A stretch of DNA of 64,000 nt, taken from the NCBI RefSeq assembly GCF_963506605.1, contig NC_083288.1:29202001-29266000 (forward strand), written 5' to 3'. Below, piece by piece: positions 58,738-64,000 of the stretch. Both the position numbers and the translations under genes were made by a program. The DNA comes from Zootoca vivipara (lineage: Eukaryota). Below the pieces are notes generated by a model, which was given only the letters and a program-made list of their open reading frames with translations, was not told the DNA's origin and made no database searches. Numbering within the stretch: the stretch's first letter is position 1; the number at the start of each line of letters is the position of its first letter.

Positions 58738-59685
58738 ATGGAAACAGAGAATGTGACAAACGTCAGTGAATTTTTCCTGCTTGGATTTATGTATGAACCA
58801 AATGTGGAGATCATCCTCTTCATAGCTTTCCTTCTCATTTACCTGGTGACAGTGCTGGGGAATGCACTCATCATTGTGCTCATCTGCACCGATCATCGCC
58901 TTCACTCCCCTATGTATTTCTTCCTCAGCAACTTGTCCTTAATCGAGATACTCATGACAACTTGTGTCGTGCCTAAAATGTTAGCCAATCTCCTGGCTGA
59001 AAGAAAAACTATTTCATTTGGTGGTTGCTTTGCTCAGTCATACTTCTACTTCTTCATGGGTTCTACAGAGTTCATCCTTTTTGCTGCGATGTCCTTTGAC
59101 CGCTATATGGCCATCTGCTACCCACTTAGGTATCCCACTCTCATGACTGGGAAAGTTTGTGTTAATATGGTGATTGGCTCTTGGATCGGTGGGTTCTTGT
59201 CTGTGTTCTTGTCAACTGTGCTGAAAGTGAGGTTGCCTTACTGTGGACCTAATGTTATTAATCACTATTTCTGTGACAGTGCCCCTTTGCTACACCTGGC
59301 CTGCATTGACATCAGCTTTATTGAGTTCATAGATTTCATTGGGTCTTTGCTTCTACTGCTTGGCTCTCTCTCATTCACTGCTGTTTCTTATGCCTACATA
59401 ATCAGTACCATCCTCAAAATCCCTTCTGCAAAGGGTAGGGAGAAGGCCTTTGCCACCTGTGCATCCCACTTCACTGTTGTCTCCATGGGCTATGGAATAT
59501 CCATTTTTGTTTATGTCAGGCCATCTCAGAGTGACACCATGAGCATGAACAAAGCATTAGCCATTTTCTCTGGCATCTTGACACCTTTATTGAACCCTTT
59601 CATCTTTAGTCTAAGGAATGAACAAATGAAAGAGGTGTTAAAAGATGTCCTAAAGAAGCTAAACTCCAGAATAAAAGATGACTAA
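58738..59685 (+). CDS. Olfactory receptor, family 6-like, 315 aa (true start METENVT at 58738)
   Basis: LHSPMYFFL, MSFDRYMAICYPLRY, KAFATCASHF, PLLNPFIFSLRN; acceptor ttccttcag just upstream; paralog of 43834-44784 in inverted orientation. Confidence 0.95.
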   Translation: METENVTNVSEFFLLGFMYEPNVEIILFIAFLLIYLVTVLGNALIIVLICTDHRLHSPMYFFLSNLSLIEILMTTCVVPKMLANLLAERKTISFGGCFAQSYFYFFMGSTEFILFAAMSFDRYMAICYPLRYPTLMTGKVCVNMVIGSWIGGFLSVFLSTVLKVRLPYCGPNVINHYFCDSAPLLHLACIDISFIEFIDFIGSLLLLLGSLSFTAVSYAYIISTILKIPSAKGREKAFATCASHFTVVSMGYGISIFVYVRPSQSDTMSMNKALAIFSGILTPLLNPFIFSLRNEQMKEVLKDVLKKLNSRIKDD

Positions 59686-60357
59686 TGTACTATATACACC
59701 TTCAGAATACACACCTTACATTGAAGTTCACATTTTCAATATAACAGCACAGACTGTATTGTCTATAGTGCATATTGACTGGGTTTAATGTCTGTAGAGA
59801 ATTGCCTTCTCCTACACTAATCTACGAGAAACTTCTTCTCTAACGATGCTCCCCACCACCTGAGGTTATGTGGGTTGTGAACTGAGAGTGAGAGTCTTTT
59901 CAGCCTTGGTCCAGAGGAGACTGATATACTGCCAGGTCCTCCTGTTCCTGTTCCTCTGTTCCTTGCAGCTGGATCCTCCTCCTCTTAAGGAGATCCTTTC
60001 CCCCAAGTGTTCCTTTGGTAATAGAGCAAAACAGGCAAACTGTTGTTTGTTAAGGGTGCTGGGAATTGTAGTTCTGTGAGGAGTGACTTACAGTTCCCAG
60101 GATTCTTTGAGGGAAGGCAATTCACTTTAAATGTATGGTGTGAATATGAAGAGATATATGGCACATGTACTGGGGACAGCAGTGATGGCACCCTACCGGC
60201 ATCGCGCTGCCGGGGGTGGCGTGCTCCCATCACACACTTCTTCCTACGCCCCTTCATAGAAGTCATGAAATATATACATAAGTTATTTGTAGCTTAGTAG
60301 CAGGAAGTGTATTTATCTCAAAAGAAGTGATTTCTGCTAATTTTAACTCAATGCCTG

Positions 60358-60447
60358 CATAGCTGCCAAGTTATCCCCTTTTTAAAGGGATTTTCCCTTA
60401 TGCTGAATAGGCTTCCTCGCGAGAAAAGGGAAAACTTGGCAGCTATG
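60358..60447. mobile_element. 90-bp minimal MITE (catagctgccaagt TIR family)
   Basis: TIRs; flanking tgcctg repeat. Confidence 0.8.
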
Positions 60448-61180
60448 TGCCTGAAATGTTGGGTGTGTGTGTGAGAGAGAGATCCAGGCCAGAATGGCTT
60501 CCAGAAGCCCCTGTTTAGTGAGTATTCATGATTAGTTCATCTTGAGAATCCATTACTTTTACTATTCAATGAACACTCACATTTACTTATTTGAGGCAAA
60601 GAGATGCTATCCTACACTTTTCAGTACATTTTCACATTCACTTTGCTTATCACAAAAAGTCTGATCTTTTGGTGAAGTAGATTTGGATTGCAAGAACTCC
60701 AAATTAACTCCAATTGTGCAGGTTTATTTTGCCAGGATATTATTGAATCCCATCTGATATAGCAACAGTCTGGAAATGTCCTAAATTAGAACATCTAACA
60801 TGTCAGTTATTTCAATAGAGTTGGTTTAAGCAATGCACATCTTTTGTTGTTGTGTTGTTGTTGTTGTTGTTTTCATTTTTAAAAAAATTATGTTCAAATA
60901 ATACAATAATAAACATTTTATAACACAGTTCATATCCTTATTTACAATTATTTACAAGACGTTCTTTCAGCCTGTATTCTAAGAACAATTTGAACACTTA
61001 AAAATCCTCAAAGAATTAATGTAAGTTAGAAAACAAGTTAGAAAACAAGCAGAACTAAAAAACAACAAAACACACAAAGAAGAAAACAAAAACAAAAAAA
61101 CCTTCCATTAATCCTCTGATTAAACTTCCTGTCAATCCCCAATGTATATCCTTATGTTTACGAATGAATGTGACCTATTT

Positions 61181-62762
61181 CAGGGGCATAGCCAGGATCA
61201 AAACTAGGGGGGGGGGGAAGCCATGGTCATTCAGGGGCGGGACCAAGGCATGGGAGGGGAGGGACCACAAAGTGGGAACATGGGCAGGGCTACAGGGCCA
61301 GCGGGCCTGGCGACATTGTGGCAGCGTCGGCGGCAGCGGCCACCTTGTGATTCTGGGGCTGGCAGCATCGGCGGCTACCCTGCTTGGCTGGAGAGGACGG
61401 GAGGGTCAGGCAGGCGAGAGGAGGTGGCAGGGCGGGCGAGGGCGAGGCAAGGCACAGCCGCAGTCACGACAGTGTGGGTCGTGGGTTCAAGCCCCACCTT
61501 AGGAAAAAATTCCTGCATTGCAGGGGGTTGGACTAGATGACCCTTGTGGTCCCTTCCGACTACAAGTCTATGATTCTATTGATATATTACTATAGCATAT
61601 GCATCATTCTGCTTTCTTGAATTGTCCTACTCCTAGGCATAGCAGCCAACTCCTAGAGGCCTAGGTGCCTCCCTCCCCCATTACTGGTAAATACCGTATT
61701 TGAAAGAGTCACCCCCCCCCGTGTTGATGGGCTTTCTATGTGGGGCTTATCTGCCCCCCCCCCCCAGTATTTTATTAAGGATGGAAGAGGGAGGGAAGGA
61801 AGGAAGAAATAGAGAGAGGGATAACTCACATTTGTGGGTGCCTCTGCATGACACTGTGATGCTGGAACTCTGCAGCAAGAGGAAGATACTGGTACGCCTG
61901 TACAGGAGCCTTGTAAGCAGCTTTCTCTCTGCTTGATTTACAGCAGGCACATCCAACAGGTAGATTGTGATCTACCAGTAGATCACTGGATGTCTGTGGT
62001 AGATCACTGCTAGATCACTGGCACCCCTAAAAAAAGCTCACCCAAAATTTTTCTCCTCCCTAAAAAAAGGTGAACTATGACCTGATGCCCTAAACAAAAA
62101 TGGGCCTCCCTCCCTCCTAAAATAAGCTCAACAAGTTTGACCCAAACCCCCCAAACAGGGCTCCCCTTCCTTAAGATAACTCAACAGCTTTGACCTGAAC
62201 CCCTCAAAAGGGGGTAGATCTTTCCCAGTTTTTAACTCTGTGAGTAGATCAGAGTCTCTTGGGAGGTGGCCACCCCTGATTTACAGTATACAGATGCAGG
62301 AGGAGGGGCAGACTGGAACACCACTGCTTTTTATAAACATCACTGTGCCTATCAAAGGTACACCCCCTTTTCTTATTCACTTCCTTTTAGCCTTGCAGAG
62401 CCACCTTAGTCAAATTGAATCCTCTGCACCCTCATTAAATCGCCAATAGAACTCTTAATGCGATCCCTGAATTCTCATTAACAACTCCCACTGAAGAACA
62501 ATAGGGTGAAGTGGTAGCTATTCTGTTCCATTGTCTTAACTGCTTAACTACCGCTAGCCACTTTGCTTTATTTATTTGATGTGTTTTTGTTACAGCTGTG
62601 TTCCCGCCCCGCCCCGCCCCCACAAGCGGAGACTGAGCTGCTCTTGCTAAAGCAAAGCCCTTTCCACTTCAGTTTTTGGAGGGGAAAAGTGCTGGTTATG
62701 GTGTGTAAAATACATTAATTTTTGCTTCTAGGGGGGGAGCTGCCCCCCTGCCCACGCCCACG
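61181..62762. mobile_element. Composite hAT-type insertion with nested elements
   Basis: 8-bp TSD acctattt; contains a CR1-type tail (~61510-61580) and a nested MITE. Confidence 0.55.
61944..62278. mobile_element. Nested hAT-type MITE
   Basis: cagg.../...cctg ends; perfect 8-bp TSD atttacag. Confidence 0.8.
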
Positions 62763-62770
62763 ACCTATTT

Positions 62771-63880
62771 GTTATACATTTATTTGCCTATTTTTTATTA
62801 CATTCTTATACCAAACTGTACCCTTACTCCTCTTTAGTTAACTCATCTTCCCTCATCTTCATTCAAATGCCAGCATAGGTAGCGTGCCTTTACTGTATTT
62901 TTGGACTTATCTCTTATATCTGTCCCACTTTTCCATAAATTTTTGTTTGGAATTACCTCTCAGACTATTCATCAACAGTGCCATTTCAGCAAATTCTCTT
63001 AATTTATTTTGCCATTCCATTAGGGTCGGGACTTCCTTTTCCCTTTTCCTTTATGTCCCCCCCCCCCTTTCCCTTTATGTCTGTTAAGACCTGTGCTTTA
63101 TTCTTGGTCTTCTTCCTGCCCAAATAAATTTTGAGATTTCTTTCTGCCAATTGTCAATACTTACCGTCCTCCCTATAACCAGAATGGTTTGAAACAGAAA
63201 TAGCATTTTTGGTTGGGTATTTAATTTAATCGCCGAAATCCAGCCCCAGAATGATAATTTTAGCTTACTCCACCTCTCCATATCCTTTTTGATTCCTGCC
63301 CAACACTTCACATAGTTGCCTTCATAAAGATTGATATTTTTTGGTGTCAGCCAGATTCCCATGTATTTAATTTTTGAATATACTTTTAATTGTGTTAACT
63401 TTTCAATTTCTTTTCATTTACTAATAATTTGGTATTATTGTAGTTCAACAATAAATTTGGTTTTATTGTAGTTCAACAATAAATTTGGTTTTATTGTAGT
63501 TCAACCTAAATCTGGAAACCTTCCCATATTCTTGCATGATTTCTAGCACTCTGATAAGGCTTTCTTTAAGGTCTTCTGTTGTTACAATAAGGTCGTCTGC
63601 AAACACCCTTAATCTATATCTACTACTCCTCACCACTGTCCCTTTGATGTTTTTTCTTCTCTAATTTGATTGTTTACAATTTCCATTATTAGGATATATA
63701 TTAACAGAGAGAGCAGACAGCCCTGCCTCGTCCCTTTATTAATTTCACATTCCTGAGTGATATTCCCATTTATTATAATTTTGGCCGTTTGTTTTTATTA
63801 TAATTTTGGCCGTTTGTTTTTATTATAATTTTGGCCGTTTGTTTTTATTATAATTTTGGCCGTTTGTTTGGTATATATTG
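62771..63880 (-). mobile_element. Degraded L1-clade LINE (RT-domain remnants); its 3' UTR probably continues at ~60860-61172
   Basis: Remnants GTRQGC.LS, VFADDL, KYMGIWLT, W..L.LS..G.ISAIK. Confidence 0.78.
63771..63869. repeat. Minisatellite, 4 x 25 bp, inside the L1 remnant (a second ~28-bp unit repeats ~3 times at 63428-63506)
   Basis: Unit tattataattttggccgtttgtttt. Confidence 0.9.
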
Positions 63881-64000
63881 CTTGAATACTATTTACTTTT
63901 ACTATTTAATGAACATTCACATTTATTTGTTCGAGACATCCATTTTAACAATGGTGTAGGACATGAAGTATTGATTGAATATGGAGAAGATTCGGCTGGC

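Overview
Vertebrate genomic DNA, most likely a squamate (probably lacertid lizard), judged from Sauria SINE, BovB, CR1, L2 and hAT-MITE content. The window is a chemoreceptor cluster. It holds nine single-exon olfactory receptor (OR) ORFs, all full length: three OR5V1-like paralogs, one OR11L1-like gene and five family-6/11-like genes. It also holds one intact six-exon vomeronasal type-2 receptor (V2R, 869 aa by my splice reconstruction) and a degraded MHC class I heavy-chain pseudogene. The most notable element is a very young, fully intact 5.8-kb Ty3/Gypsy (Tf1/sushi-type chromovirus) retrotransposon at 45913-51725 (minus strand). It has apparently identical 428-bp LTRs, a GAATC target-site duplication, a self-priming PBS and a PEG10-type G-GGA-AAC -1 frameshift site with a probable pseudoknot. 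Its integrase carries a degenerate chromodomain followed by two tandem motifs resembling the LEDGF/TFIIS-N-terminal-domain binding motif (hydrophobic-xx-hydrophobic-F, Ser/acidic linker, FxGF). This suggests a possibly undescribed host-tethering mechanism for integration. All calls were made by eye; OR family names come from recalled similarity, not from a search.
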